36,628 bases of DNA from Bacteroidota bacterium (GTDB taxonomy: Bacteria; Bacteroidota; Bacteroidia; Flavobacteriales; Flavobacteriaceae): positions 1 through 36,628 of the forward strand of contig JBJOQF010000016.1 in the NCBI GenBank assembly GCA_046050185.1. Reading direction: 5' to 3'. Positions 1 to 9,589 of the stretch are shown here, piece by piece. The notes under the pieces are model-generated. The model was not told the DNA's origin and searched no databases. It was given only the letters and a program-made list of their open reading frames with translations. A program made the translations under genes and the position numbers. Positions within the stretch are counted from its first letter, which is position 1. Every line of letters begins with the position of its first letter.

Positions 1-174
1 AAAAAAACAAACCGCTAACCACCATTAAGTAAAATTGACACTTTTTTAGTTACCGGAAAAACATTGATCTATAAAACTTTTTATCTTAGCTGAAGAAATG
101 CTGTTACAAAGCTTAGTAAGCTCACTAACAGAGAGACATTATAGGCTAATCAGACAAAATAAAGACTGAAAAGT

Positions 175-564
175 ATGAATAAAGACATTCAATCCTACAA
201 CGACTCGCAAGCAACTTCAGACAAGGAAATTTGCTTCTTGCTTGCTTCGGTCATTGACAGTGTTTTGACAGAAGCAGAAAATAAAATTTGGCATGCTCAT
301 CCAGTTTGGTTTCTAGACGAGAATCCAATCGTTGGGTACAGTAAACTTAAAGACAGCGTTCAACTATTTTTTTGGAGCGGACAAACTTTTGAAGAAGAAA
401 AACTGATTAATCATGGAAAATTTAAAGCAACTGAAATTCGCTACACTTCGACTGACCAAATTGACCTGACAGACTTGAAGCGTTGGCTTAAAAAAGCAAG
501 AGAAATTCAATGGGATTATAAAAACATTGTAAAAAGAAAAGGACAACTTGAACGATTAAAATGA
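175..564 (+). CDS. DUF1801 (YdhG-like) domain protein
   Basis: 129-aa ORF with family-typical KIWHAHPVWF..NPIVGY, LFFWSGQ.F.E and C-terminal IQWDYKNIVKRKG. Confidence 0.8.
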   Translation: MNKDIQSYNDSQATSDKEICFLLASVIDSVLTEAENKIWHAHPVWFLDENPIVGYSKLKDSVQLFFWSGQTFEEEKLINHGKFKATEIRYTSTDQIDLTDLKRWLKKAREIQWDYKNIVKRKGQLERLK

Positions 565-735
565 CAATTAAAACACTCACGCTCAGTCATAAAGATGGTT
601 ATATTTGGGATAAAGGACAAATGCTTAGCAATCAATGCACGGATATTGAGAATAGTTCCGAAAAGTTGGAGTTATTATGCGTTCAGGTTACTTTGACGAT
701 GGAAAAACAAGTTGATAAATAGGCAATTTATAATA
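561..735 (+). pseudogene. Decayed small MORN-variant-repeat-like gene
   Basis: ATG at 561 overlaps the upstream stop (ATGA). Stitching frames gives HKDGYIWDKGQ...GY*E*FRKVGVIMRSGYFDDGK..QVDK*AIYN, resembling small proteins recalled as HKDG..WAKG...GYWEWFRKDG..MRSGYF..G.QVGEWTTYD. Stops at 647-649 (TGA), 653-655 (TAG) and 720-722 (TAG) fall at Trp positions; frameshifts are also present. Confidence 0.6.
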
Positions 736-935
736 CCGAATGAAAAAAAATTGCTCTATATTAAATAAAATAAGGTTAGATATTATCACCAAAATTTTTA
801 TTACTGCTTCACTAGATGAAATTTGGACTTCTGGAAAAACTGTTAAACAGTATGATGATTCAAAAACAATCAGACTCAGGAATAAAAAAATCATTTACCA
901 AACTGAAAAATTATACTAAAAAATTACCTTTAGTT

Positions 936-1280
936 ATGGCTTACAATCAAAATTTAGCAAACCGAGTAAGGGAAAAATTTGTAAAACTACCCAACGTTGT
1001 AGAAAAAGAAATGATGGGTGGCTTGACATTTATGTACAATGACAAAATGTGTGTTGGGATAATCAAAGATGAACTTATGTGTCGCATTGACCCAAACTTA
1101 CATGATATTGCTGTTGAGAAAATTGGTTGCAAAACAATGGACTTTACTAAGCGACCAATGAAAGGTTACATAATGATAGACGGCAATGGAATGAAAACAC
1201 AGAAAGATTTTGATTATTGGATAGACCTTGCATTAGATTTCAACAAAAATGCAAAATCTAGCAAACGGACAAAAAAATAG
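936..1280 (+). CDS. TfoX/Sxy N-terminal-domain family protein
   Basis: MAYNQNLANRVR..EKEMMGGLTFMYNDKMCVG..MDFTKRPMKG..W is typical of the family. ATG 936 is preferred over the ORF-track start at 816 because the first 40 aa have no family character. Confidence 0.8.
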   Translation: MAYNQNLANRVREKFVKLPNVVEKEMMGGLTFMYNDKMCVGIIKDELMCRIDPNLHDIAVEKIGCKTMDFTKRPMKGYIMIDGNGMKTQKDFDYWIDLALDFNKNAKSSKRTKK

Positions 1281-1577
1281 AGTCCGTAATCACAAGTTGA
1301 TTTTTGTCAAATTATTATGGAATTTAGGAGTTCAAAAAACGTTTTTTACAACTCTCTTTTTGAAAAGCTAAACTAAAATCCTTTTTTAAGAAATAATTTT
1401 AATTATAGTTTAAATCCCGTATATTCACTTCCTAAACGAAAATTAATTCGTTTAATTTTTAAAGCTATAAAACATCACAAAAAAATATCAAACAAGCAAC
1501 GTTTGACAACAAGCAATTCAAATAAATTAAATTTTAGCCCAAAATAATTTTTTAACAATTATATAAACACTATTCAA

Positions 1578-2024
1578 ATGAAATGGAAATTATCATTTTT
1601 CTTAATTATAAGTATTAGCATATTAAGTTACAGTCAAAAAATTGATGAGTCTGAATTAATAAAAAAATTACTTGAAAAAGAATCTGCTACATGGAGAGCT
1701 GCTGATAGTAAAGGCCATACGGAATGCTGGTACATTCAACCTTACAGCAGGATATTAGTTTCGACCGCAGAAGGTGTAACCTTGGATATTCCTCCAACTG
1801 CAATGATTAATACAAATCCTAATGCAATGGGTAATGGAGGGTTTTCAGTAAATAGCAACTATAAAATGAGTATTCATAAGAATAATGCTTGGGTAAGCCA
1901 TAATGAAGAATCAACTGCTAAAGATGGTAAAAAAACGTTCTCTTATGAAATTCGGTTATTAGAGAAAATAAATGGTCAATGGAAATTAGTGGGGCAATCC
2001 ATTCATATTTATGAACCAAAATAA
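1578..2024 (+). CDS. Secreted NTF2/SnoaL-like (DUF4440-type) protein
   Basis: Signal peptide MKWKLSFFLIISISILSYSQ (Bacteroidota Gln at +1); NTF2-like C-terminus EIRLLEKINGQWKLV. Confidence 0.65.
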   Translation: MKWKLSFFLIISISILSYSQKIDESELIKKLLEKESATWRAADSKGHTECWYIQPYSRILVSTAEGVTLDIPPTAMINTNPNAMGNGGFSVNSNYKMSIHKNNAWVSHNEESTAKDGKKTFSYEIRLLEKINGQWKLVGQSIHIYEPK

Positions 2025-2080
2025 AACATTGTTGACTAGCATTTGAAGCAAAGTGAGTTCTAAAAACAGTATATATATTT

Positions 2081-2118
2081 AAAACTCCTTCTTAGTTTAA
2101 ATAATAAGAAGGAGTTTT
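2081..2118. terminator. Bidirectional intrinsic terminator
   Basis: Perfect 14-bp inverted repeat AAAACTCCTTCTTA (2081-2094) / TAAGAAGGAGTTTT (2105-2118) between convergent genes. Confidence 0.85.
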
Positions 2119-2125
2119 TAAATAT

Positions 2126-2485
2126 TTATTTTAATAACAATCGCTTGACTCTAACGATTAACTCATTAGGACTAAAGGGTTTTGTTATAAAATCATCAGC
2201 ACCTAATTCAAAAGCATTTAATACGTTTTTTTCTAAACCTACAGCTGATAATATAATTATTGGAATATTTAATTTTAGCTCTATTTTTACTTTATTTACG
2301 ATATCTAGTCCTGATGCAAAAGGCATTTCTATATCTGACAATATAAGGTCTGGATTTTCTGAAACTATTTTATCTAATGCAATTTTACCGTCCGGACACG
2401 AAATAACTTCATATCCTTCACGAATGAGCTTAAACTCCATTGTTTTTAGCATCATCTCATCATCTTCGGCTATTAGTATTTTCAT
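2126..2485 (-). CDS. Single-domain response regulator (receiver only)
   Basis: ILIAEDD, LSDIEMP (phospho-Asp), ILSA, FITKPF; 119 aa with no output domain. Confidence 0.9.
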   Translation of the reverse strand: MKILIAEDDEMMLKTMEFKLIREGYEVISCPDGKIALDKIVSENPDLILSDIEMPFASGLDIVNKVKIELKLNIPIIILSAVGLEKNVLNAFELGADDFITKPFSPNELIVRVKRLLLK

Positions 2486-2720
2486 TTATTGTGATTAATT
2501 ATTAGTATGAATAATTTTTTGAAAAAATCATATTTTGTAGTTCTTAAAGCACATACGCTTTTCTCAAAAATAGGCTTTTTAAACGGTTAATGGTATTAAT
2601 ATATAAGGAAATTGTTGTGAAATTATGTTGCAAAACAAAAAGAATGTTATAAACTAAAATAATTCTTATTTATAGATCACTTTACGCTTTTTATTTGCTC
2701 GATTTGGTATTATCTACTTG

Positions 2721-5078
2721 CTATATTTTTGAGAAACCATGTACTGTTTCTAATTCGTTGAAAACACATTGGCAAATTTCATGAAATTTTTCAATTTCGT
2801 CTTTCCGTATTTGTCCCATAGGGTTTATTTCCATTTCGTTTTCAATAATTTCAATACATTTTGAGGCTTTTGCTATTCCTAACAAACTGACAGAAGATTT
2901 TAATTTATGAACTTCAGCTTTCAAAACTACTATATCATCAATATTGTTTGCCTCCATTATAGTTTCTAAAGCTGGTGGAGCATTCTGTAAGAACAAGGAT
3001 ACCATTTTTTCGACAAAAGTGTTGTCACCGTCGGCAAATTCATTTAAATATTTAAAATTGATTAAATTTTCAACAATTACTTCTTCGTCTTGAGATAAAT
3101 CCGAAGATTTACTATTATTTGCATTCATTAAATTGTGATGCAATTTTTCAAGCAATACATTAAAGTCAAAAGGTTTAGACAAATAATCATTCATACCACT
3201 TTCTACACTTCTCTTTTCTTCGGCCAAAGTCGCATGTGCAGTTAAAGCAATTATTGGCACATTTGATTTAGCTCCCATATTGCTTCTGACATATTTTGCT
3301 ACTTCATTTCCATCCATTTCCGGCATTTGAATATCCATCAGAATAATATCGTAATCATTCTTCTCGATTTTTTCCAGGGCTATTTTTCCATTATCAGCTA
3401 TGTCAATTTCTTTTTCCCATTTTTTAAATACCTTGATTGCTAAAAGTTGATTGAGTTCATTATCTTCTACCAAAAGTATTTTGACGTCTTTTAGAAAATC
3501 CGATGACAATTGCTCTTTTTTTCCTTTTACAAGTTCAAAATCTCCTTTTTGAGCCTTTTTATATTGTATAAAAAAAGAGAACTCACTCCCTTTTGAAACC
3601 TCACTTTCAACCGTCAATTTTCCGCCTTGCAATTCAATGAGTTTACGGGTAATTGTAAGTCCTAAACCAGTTCCTCCAAATTTTCTCGTCGTTTCATTTG
3701 ATGCTTGGTTAAAACTTTCAAAAATAGAATCAATCTTATTTTCAGGAATACCAATACCTGTATCTATAATATTAAATCGGACAAATGTATCTAATTCAGA
3801 TTCTTTCTCTTGGGTGACAATTAACTCAACGTACCCTTTTTCAGTAAATTTTAAAGCATTACCAACCAAATTAATTAATATTTGAGATAATCGTGTTGGG
3901 TCTCCAATCAAAAAATCATTTATTTCAGGATCTATTTCGCACAATAATTTTATTTTTTTCTCTTTTGAAATTGGAGAAAGCAATTCAATTACTGAATTTA
4001 TATTTTTTGACAAAGAGAAATTCACATCTTCAAATGTCATTTTATCAGCATTTATTTTAGAAAAGTCTAAGATGTCATTAATAATAACCAATAAATTTTG
4101 ACTGGCTCTTTTTATGGCTTCCACACTTTGTTTCTGGTCGTTGTCTAAATTTGTGTCTTCCAGAATTCTTGCAAATCCTATAATTCCATTCATTGGAGTA
4201 CGAATTTCATGACTCATGTTAGTCAGAAACTGTTCTTTCACTTGAACGGATTCTTCAGCGATATCTTTAGCGTTTATTAACTCCTTTTCAATACGTTTTT
4301 GCTCACTAATATCCTGAATGGTCCCCAAAATCCTTAATGGAACATTATGTTCATCATTCAAACATTTTATAAACTCATTAATGTACTTAATAGTTCCATT
4401 TTTAGACAACAAACTATGGCTAAACTGTACTTCAGTGTTACTGTTTTTAACATAATTGAGGTTACTTTCAAAAAGTTCAATGTCATCAGAATTAATTAAA
4501 CATGATTTAATGAGTGCTATCGAAGGAACACTATTTTTGTCTATTTCAAAAATATTGAAAACTTCTTCGGAGAAAAAAACTCCCCCATCATTTAAATTTA
4601 TTTCCCAACTCCCAATCTTGGCTAATTTTTGAGCTTCATAAAGTCTATTAGCATTTATATTTAAAGCTAATTCTGTCTTCTTACGCAGTTGGAGGCTATC
4701 ATGAAGTTTAATAGCATTTCTGATGCTTTGCGATACACCGTCAGGAGTAAGTAATGTTTTTGGAATATAATCAGAAGCCCCGCCTAAAATAGCCTGACTG
4801 GCAATTTTCTCATCTCCTTGTGAAGTAACAAAAATAACGGGAGTTTCTATATCTAAATCTCTTAACCCTTTTAGAAAGGAAATTCCATCACTATCCGGCA
4901 TCATATAATCCAAAAAAATTAAGTCATAATGAAATGATTTAATCTTTTCTATACCTTCTTTAGCTGAAAAAGCACTTTCAACATCAGCAATAATTCCAGA
5001 ATGGGATATGGAACGAATTATAGTAATTGAATCGACTCTGTCATCATCGATTATAAGTATTTTTAAAGCAACAGCCAT
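2721..5078 (-). CDS. Hybrid histidine kinase (REC-PAS-HisKA-HATPase-REC-HPt)
   Basis: N-terminal receiver (LDYMMP), PAS (KIGSWE), H-box MSHEIRTPMNG, N-box NLVGNALKFT, DTGIGI, GGTGLGL, second receiver (MDIQMP), HPt VHKLKSS; no TM segments. Confidence 0.92.
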   Translation of the reverse strand: MAVALKILIIDDDRVDSITIIRSISHSGIIADVESAFSAKEGIEKIKSFHYDLIFLDYMMPDSDGISFLKGLRDLDIETPVIFVTSQGDEKIASQAILGGASDYIPKTLLTPDGVSQSIRNAIKLHDSLQLRKKTELALNINANRLYEAQKLAKIGSWEINLNDGGVFFSEEVFNIFEIDKNSVPSIALIKSCLINSDDIELFESNLNYVKNSNTEVQFSHSLLSKNGTIKYINEFIKCLNDEHNVPLRILGTIQDISEQKRIEKELINAKDIAEESVQVKEQFLTNMSHEIRTPMNGIIGFARILEDTNLDNDQKQSVEAIKRASQNLLVIINDILDFSKINADKMTFEDVNFSLSKNINSVIELLSPISKEKKIKLLCEIDPEINDFLIGDPTRLSQILINLVGNALKFTEKGYVELIVTQEKESELDTFVRFNIIDTGIGIPENKIDSIFESFNQASNETTRKFGGTGLGLTITRKLIELQGGKLTVESEVSKGSEFSFFIQYKKAQKGDFELVKGKKEQLSSDFLKDVKILLVEDNELNQLLAIKVFKKWEKEIDIADNGKIALEKIEKNDYDIILMDIQMPEMDGNEVAKYVRSNMGAKSNVPIIALTAHATLAEEKRSVESGMNDYLSKPFDFNVLLEKLHHNLMNANNSKSSDLSQDEEVIVENLINFKYLNEFADGDNTFVEKMVSLFLQNAPPALETIMEANNIDDIVVLKAEVHKLKSSVSLLGIAKASKCIEIIENEMEINPMGQIRKDEIEKFHEICQCVFNELETVHGFSKI

Positions 5079-5083
5079 ATAAT

Positions 5084-5509
5084 TTATTTTTTTTCACTTG
5101 AAAATTCAATGATGTTCCAATAGTCATTAAGTATTGAAAAAAAATCGGTAGTGTTTTTGCCTTCAAATGGCTTATACATGTATCCTGCTACATTTAAATT
5201 TAAAGCAGTAACTTTATTTACATCATTGTCAGCTCTTGTTATTACAAAAACTAAAATTGATTTTAAATTCGGATGATTTCGTATATTATTTAATAACTGT
5301 ATTCCGTTTACACTTTCCTCGTTAATATCTATCAATATAATTTTTGGAGTAGGAGATAACTTATTATCTCCTTGTAACATTAACCATGCTTCGGCATCAT
5401 TTTGAGCGAAATGTAAAGTAGATTTAATACCAATTTCAGAAAATGCTTTTTTAACATTTTCAACATCAATAGTACAATTGTCTACTAATAAGATACTTTT
5501 TTTCGTCAT
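5084..5509 (-). CDS. Rcp1-like single-domain response regulator, divergent
   Basis: Paralogous to the adjacent receiver (PKIILIDIN, LNVAGY, KP) but the acidic pocket reads LLVDNC and the phospho-Asp loop reads DINEES. Confidence 0.8.
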   Translation of the reverse strand: MTKKSILLVDNCTIDVENVKKAFSEIGIKSTLHFAQNDAEAWLMLQGDNKLSPTPKIILIDINEESVNGIQLLNNIRNHPNLKSILVFVITRADNDVNKVTALNLNVAGYMYKPFEGKNTTDFFSILNDYWNIIEFSSEKK

Positions 5510-5531
5510 AAAGTAAAATTATGAAAAAATT

Positions 5532-5942
5532 TTACATTTCACACAATTCCCAAAAATTATTAAGTGTTGAAACCGAAATCACAAATTTTTCAAAAGACAA
5601 CGGTTTTAAAATATATCCAGCTACGTTCAAATTATAGGCTTTAATTTTATCACTATCTTCGTTTGAAGTAGTCATAACAAATACAGAAATATTTTTAAGC
5701 CTTTCATTTCCCCTTAAATTTTTCAAGAATTCTATTCCGTTCATCTTTGGCATATTAATATCCAAAATAATAATTTTAGGCAAAGGAACAATCTTACCAT
5801 CAAGAAGTTCTAGTGCTTCAACCCCATTCCCTGCTACAAAAAGTGGATTTTTTATATTATTTTTAGAGAATGCTCTTTTAACATTCATTACGTCAACCTC
5901 ATCGTCTTCAACCAATAAAATGTTTACCAATCTTTGCGTCAT
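5532..5942 (-). CDS. Rcp1-like single-domain response regulator
   Basis: LLVEDDEVD, ILDINMPKMNG, MTTS, YILKP, C-terminal FW typical of the Rcp1 class. Confidence 0.9.
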   Translation of the reverse strand: MTQRLVNILLVEDDEVDVMNVKRAFSKNNIKNPLFVAGNGVEALELLDGKIVPLPKIIILDINMPKMNGIEFLKNLRGNERLKNISVFVMTTSNEDSDKIKAYNLNVAGYILKPLSFEKFVISVSTLNNFWELCEM

Positions 5943-5959
5943 AATTTATTTTTTTTATG

Positions 5960-6673
5960 TTATTGTTTAGGCCAATTAAATTTAAAAACTGAACCATTAT
6001 TTACAGCTGGAGAATATTGAATTGAACCTCCTACTAATTTAATTATTCTACTGGTAATTGCTAATCCTGCGCCTGTCGAATCTACAACATCTTTCGAATT
6101 AACTGTATAAAAAATCGAAAAAATCTTTCCTTTTACTTCTTCTGGAATTCCTGGACCATCATCCGTTACTTTTATTTCATAATCCGTATCATTTTCGATT
6201 ATTTCAATAAAAACATTCTTTTTTTCTTTATCATGAAATCGAACAGCATTATCGATTAAATTAAATAATGATTTTTGTAACTTCTTACCCAAAGTAACTG
6301 TATTTTCATTTTTCAAATTATACTCAAAATGAAATTCTACATTTGACTTATCTTCTAATGTTTCAATACAATCATTGACTAATTTAGGAATATTTACATC
6401 ATACAACTCCATTTCATTACTATTAACACGAGAAAGTTCAAGCAAAGCATTCATCATTTTTTCAAGACGCTCTACTCTATTTTTTAACAATCCAAAATTG
6501 TCTAAAATATCCTTGTCTGCATTACTTCCCAAATCTTCTTCAATCCATGTTGTTAAATTTGAAATCGCCCGCATTGGGGTTTTTATATCGTGCGACACAA
6601 TATAAACAAATTCTTCAAACTCTTTCTTAAGGGCAACTAATTCCTCTTGACATTTTTTTTCTGATTCTGTCAT
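5960..6673 (-). CDS. Sensor-less histidine kinase (HisKA + HATPase only)
   Basis: H-box SHDIKTPMRAI at about residue 27, NLIDNAVRF, DDGPGI, STGAGLAI; 237 aa, no input domain. Confidence 0.88.
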   Translation of the reverse strand: MTESEKKCQEELVALKKEFEEFVYIVSHDIKTPMRAISNLTTWIEEDLGSNADKDILDNFGLLKNRVERLEKMMNALLELSRVNSNEMELYDVNIPKLVNDCIETLEDKSNVEFHFEYNLKNENTVTLGKKLQKSLFNLIDNAVRFHDKEKKNVFIEIIENDTDYEIKVTDDGPGIPEEVKGKIFSIFYTVNSKDVVDSTGAGLAITSRIIKLVGGSIQYSPAVNNGSVFKFNWPKQ

Positions 6674-6680
6674 ATTTTAA

Positions 6681-9002
6681 TTATTTAGGAACAGTAAAAA
6701 TAAAACTTGTTCCATTATCATTTTCAGATTCTATGTAAATATTCCCTCCTTTTTCTTCAACTATCTTTTTAACAATAGATAAACCAATACCTGTACTTTC
6801 TTTTTTATCCCGTGCTTCAATAGTTTGAAAAACTTCAAATACTTTTTTATGGTATTCTTCCGCAATACCCGGACCATTATCTTTTATGGTAAATTTATGA
6901 TAATCAGGCAATAATTCATATAAACATTCTATTTTACCAATTTGTTTATCATTATACTTTACGGAATTGCTTATTAAATTACTAAAGACCTGTTGTAAAA
7001 GTATAGTTTCTGTTTCAATGACGGGCATATTATCTTCTATAAAAACTTCGAATCCTTCAATAGGGACAACAGAATCAACAATCTGATTCAACATCTTTTT
7101 TAAATCAGTTATTTCTTTTTCAATTTTTGTTCTACCAATTCTAGAATATTCTAAAACACCATTAATCAGGTTTTCCATTCGCTGTATACGACCGCGTAAT
7201 AACTCAAAATTATCTCGCACTATATCAGGCATTTCGGGCATATCTTCAACAATCCACTCCGAAAGATTATTAATAGCTCTCAACGGTGCTTTAAGGTCAT
7301 GAGAAACGACATAAGCATACTGATCCAGCTCTTTGTTCTTTTTTTCGAGATCGACTAAGGCACTGTTTAAATTTTCTTTTGCTAATTTTTCTTGAGTGAT
7401 GTCCGTACTAATCGCTATGTATTGATAAGGTTTTCCTTTTGCGTTCAAAAAAGGAACAACAGTAGTGTTTTCCCAATAAAAAGAACCGTCTTTTGCTCTA
7501 TTCATTACTTCACCTTTCCAAACTTTTCCATTAGAGATTGTTCCAAATACATCTCTTCTAAATTCTATTGAATGATGACCTGTGCTAATAATTTGTTGAT
7601 CATGGCCTATTAGTTCCTCTTTAGAGTATTTAGAAATCGCACAAAAATTCTCGTTAACATATGAAAAAACACCTTTTTTATCCGTAATGGCTACAATTGC
7701 CGCTTCGTCTAATGCTGATTTAATATCGTTTATTTCTTTTGCTTTTTCTTCTATTTTTTGTTCCGCTAATTTTTTATCAGTAATATCCTGCATAGTACCT
7801 TGAATCCCTATGACCTCTCCTTTTTCATTTCGATACGCTTTCCCTACACCTACTACATATTTTAAGCTTCCATCAGAAAACAAGATTCTATGATTATAAT
7901 ACAAGTCAGCTCCAGTAGTTAATGAATTATTAAGTACTTCGTCAAGACTCTCTAAATCATCAACATGAATTTTTTTTCGGTATGCTATATAAAGCTGATC
8001 AGAAGGCAATTCCTCTAAATCAAAAATCTTATAATGTCCTTTAGACCATATAAGTTCTTTTGTAATTAAATTAAACTTCCAGCTTCCAATTTTAGCGATA
8101 TTTTGTGATTCATCTAATAATTTATTGCTGCTGATTAAATCTAACTCTGCTTCTTTCTCCTTTTTCATATCCCTGGCGATACAATATAAATATCCAGTTT
8201 CAGGATCTGGAGATGTATTCCAACTCAATAAAGCATACTCCCCGTTTTTACATCGATACCGATTTTCAAAACTAACATTAACTCTTTCTTCAAAAAGTGT
8301 TTGAACTTCTTTTAAGGTTTTATCTAAATCTTCGGGATGAATAAAATCTATAAATGGCTTTCCAATTAACTCCTTTTTAGAATAGCCTAATACATTTGTA
8401 AAGGCAGGGTTAACTTTATAAAAGAAACCATCAACGTCAGCAATACAAACCAAATCCTTTGAAAGCTCAATGAAATTTTGAAATTCTCTTTGTGATTTAA
8501 TAAAATCTGCATTCCTTTTTCGTAAATCCAATAATAAAACCACTTGATTGGCAAGCAATTTTAAAGCATTTTTTTGTTCAACAGTCAGTATCCTAGGCTC
8601 CTTATCTATAACACAAAGTGTCCCTAAATTAAACCCATTTTCATCCTGTAATGGAGCTCCAGCATAAAATCGAATATTAGGTTTTCCGGTTACCAGAGAA
8701 TTATCCGCAAAAATCTCATTTTCTAAAGCATCATTGACTTCATATACATCATCACCAAGAATTGCATATTGGCAAAAAGACAAGGTTCTTGGGGTTTCAG
8801 TAACCTTTAATCCAACACTCGATTTAAACCATTGTCTTTCCTCATCCAATAGACTTACTAAGGCAATAGGAGTTCCACAAATATAAGAGGCTAGCTGGGT
8901 TATTGAATCATATTCCTTTTCCGGCAAAGAATCCATAATTGAATACTCTTTCAGTGCTTTGAGTCTTTCTATTTCATTTTCCGGTATCGGATTTTTTTTC
9001 AT
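6681..9002 (-). CDS. Cytoplasmic GAF-PAS-PAS-PAS histidine kinase
   Basis: GAF (RQWFKS..SFC..IRFYAGAPL..GTLCVID), three PAS/PAC (FIHPED; KIGSW; WKGE..NRAKDGSFYW), H-box SHDLKAPLRAI, NLISNSVKY, DNGPGI, STGIGL. ATG 9002 chosen; TTG 9005 is an alternative start. Confidence 0.92.
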   Translation of the reverse strand: MKKNPIPENEIERLKALKEYSIMDSLPEKEYDSITQLASYICGTPIALVSLLDEERQWFKSSVGLKVTETPRTLSFCQYAILGDDVYEVNDALENEIFADNSLVTGKPNIRFYAGAPLQDENGFNLGTLCVIDKEPRILTVEQKNALKLLANQVVLLLDLRKRNADFIKSQREFQNFIELSKDLVCIADVDGFFYKVNPAFTNVLGYSKKELIGKPFIDFIHPEDLDKTLKEVQTLFEERVNVSFENRYRCKNGEYALLSWNTSPDPETGYLYCIARDMKKEKEAELDLISSNKLLDESQNIAKIGSWKFNLITKELIWSKGHYKIFDLEELPSDQLYIAYRKKIHVDDLESLDEVLNNSLTTGADLYYNHRILFSDGSLKYVVGVGKAYRNEKGEVIGIQGTMQDITDKKLAEQKIEEKAKEINDIKSALDEAAIVAITDKKGVFSYVNENFCAISKYSKEELIGHDQQIISTGHHSIEFRRDVFGTISNGKVWKGEVMNRAKDGSFYWENTTVVPFLNAKGKPYQYIAISTDITQEKLAKENLNSALVDLEKKNKELDQYAYVVSHDLKAPLRAINNLSEWIVEDMPEMPDIVRDNFELLRGRIQRMENLINGVLEYSRIGRTKIEKEITDLKKMLNQIVDSVVPIEGFEVFIEDNMPVIETETILLQQVFSNLISNSVKYNDKQIGKIECLYELLPDYHKFTIKDNGPGIAEEYHKKVFEVFQTIEARDKKESTGIGLSIVKKIVEEKGGNIYIESENDNGTSFIFTVPK

Positions 9003-9589
9003 CAATTTTGTTTTTTTTCTTTAATAACAATATTACAGAATTTATTAGGTATAAACTAAATATTTTTATAGTTCCACTTTCTCTTTTATCTAAACTTACT
9101 AAACTGTTATAAACACAAAAATAATTTATTTTTTGTATTAACAATATTTATCTAAAATTAATATTTTTAAACAATTTGAATTTGTTTTTTTCATAAAATT
9201 CATGTTGTTTTCTTTCGGTTAAAACAAAAACACGTCCCAAGATTTAATCAAAAAAAGATTGCTATTTACTGATTCTGTATTTATATCACCTCAACAAATG
9301 AAAAACATAAAATACTGTTTTTTAAATACTTAAATTTAAATACTTCTAAAAAAAAGCTTTTTTTATACCTAATAAAAAATTATTTGATTAAATTTACAGT
9401 ATTGGTTTAAATAAGTGGAAATACCTACTATTCTCTTCTTTTAACCACAAAACGACGTAAATTTCAAACCTACTTTTGAATTACAAAGTTTACTGTCGGA
9501 TTAACGGAACCGCCTGCCTCATCTATTTTTCTATTGTTACTATTCTAACCGACAAATAATAGTCCGTTTTTATTCAAAAAACATACGAA

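Noticed and set aside
816-935. N-terminal 40 aa of the 154-aa ORF
   Set aside because: Family similarity starts at MAYN (ATG 936).
1491-1516. Direct repeat AACAAGCAA x2 upstream of the NTF2-like gene
   Set aside because: Could be an operator, but two 9-mers in A-rich DNA are insufficient evidence.
6681-9002. Bacteriophytochrome call for the GAF kinase (Cph1/Rcp1-like context)
   Set aside because: No PAS-GAF-PHY arrangement or DIP motif is visible; the GAF is of the generic type.
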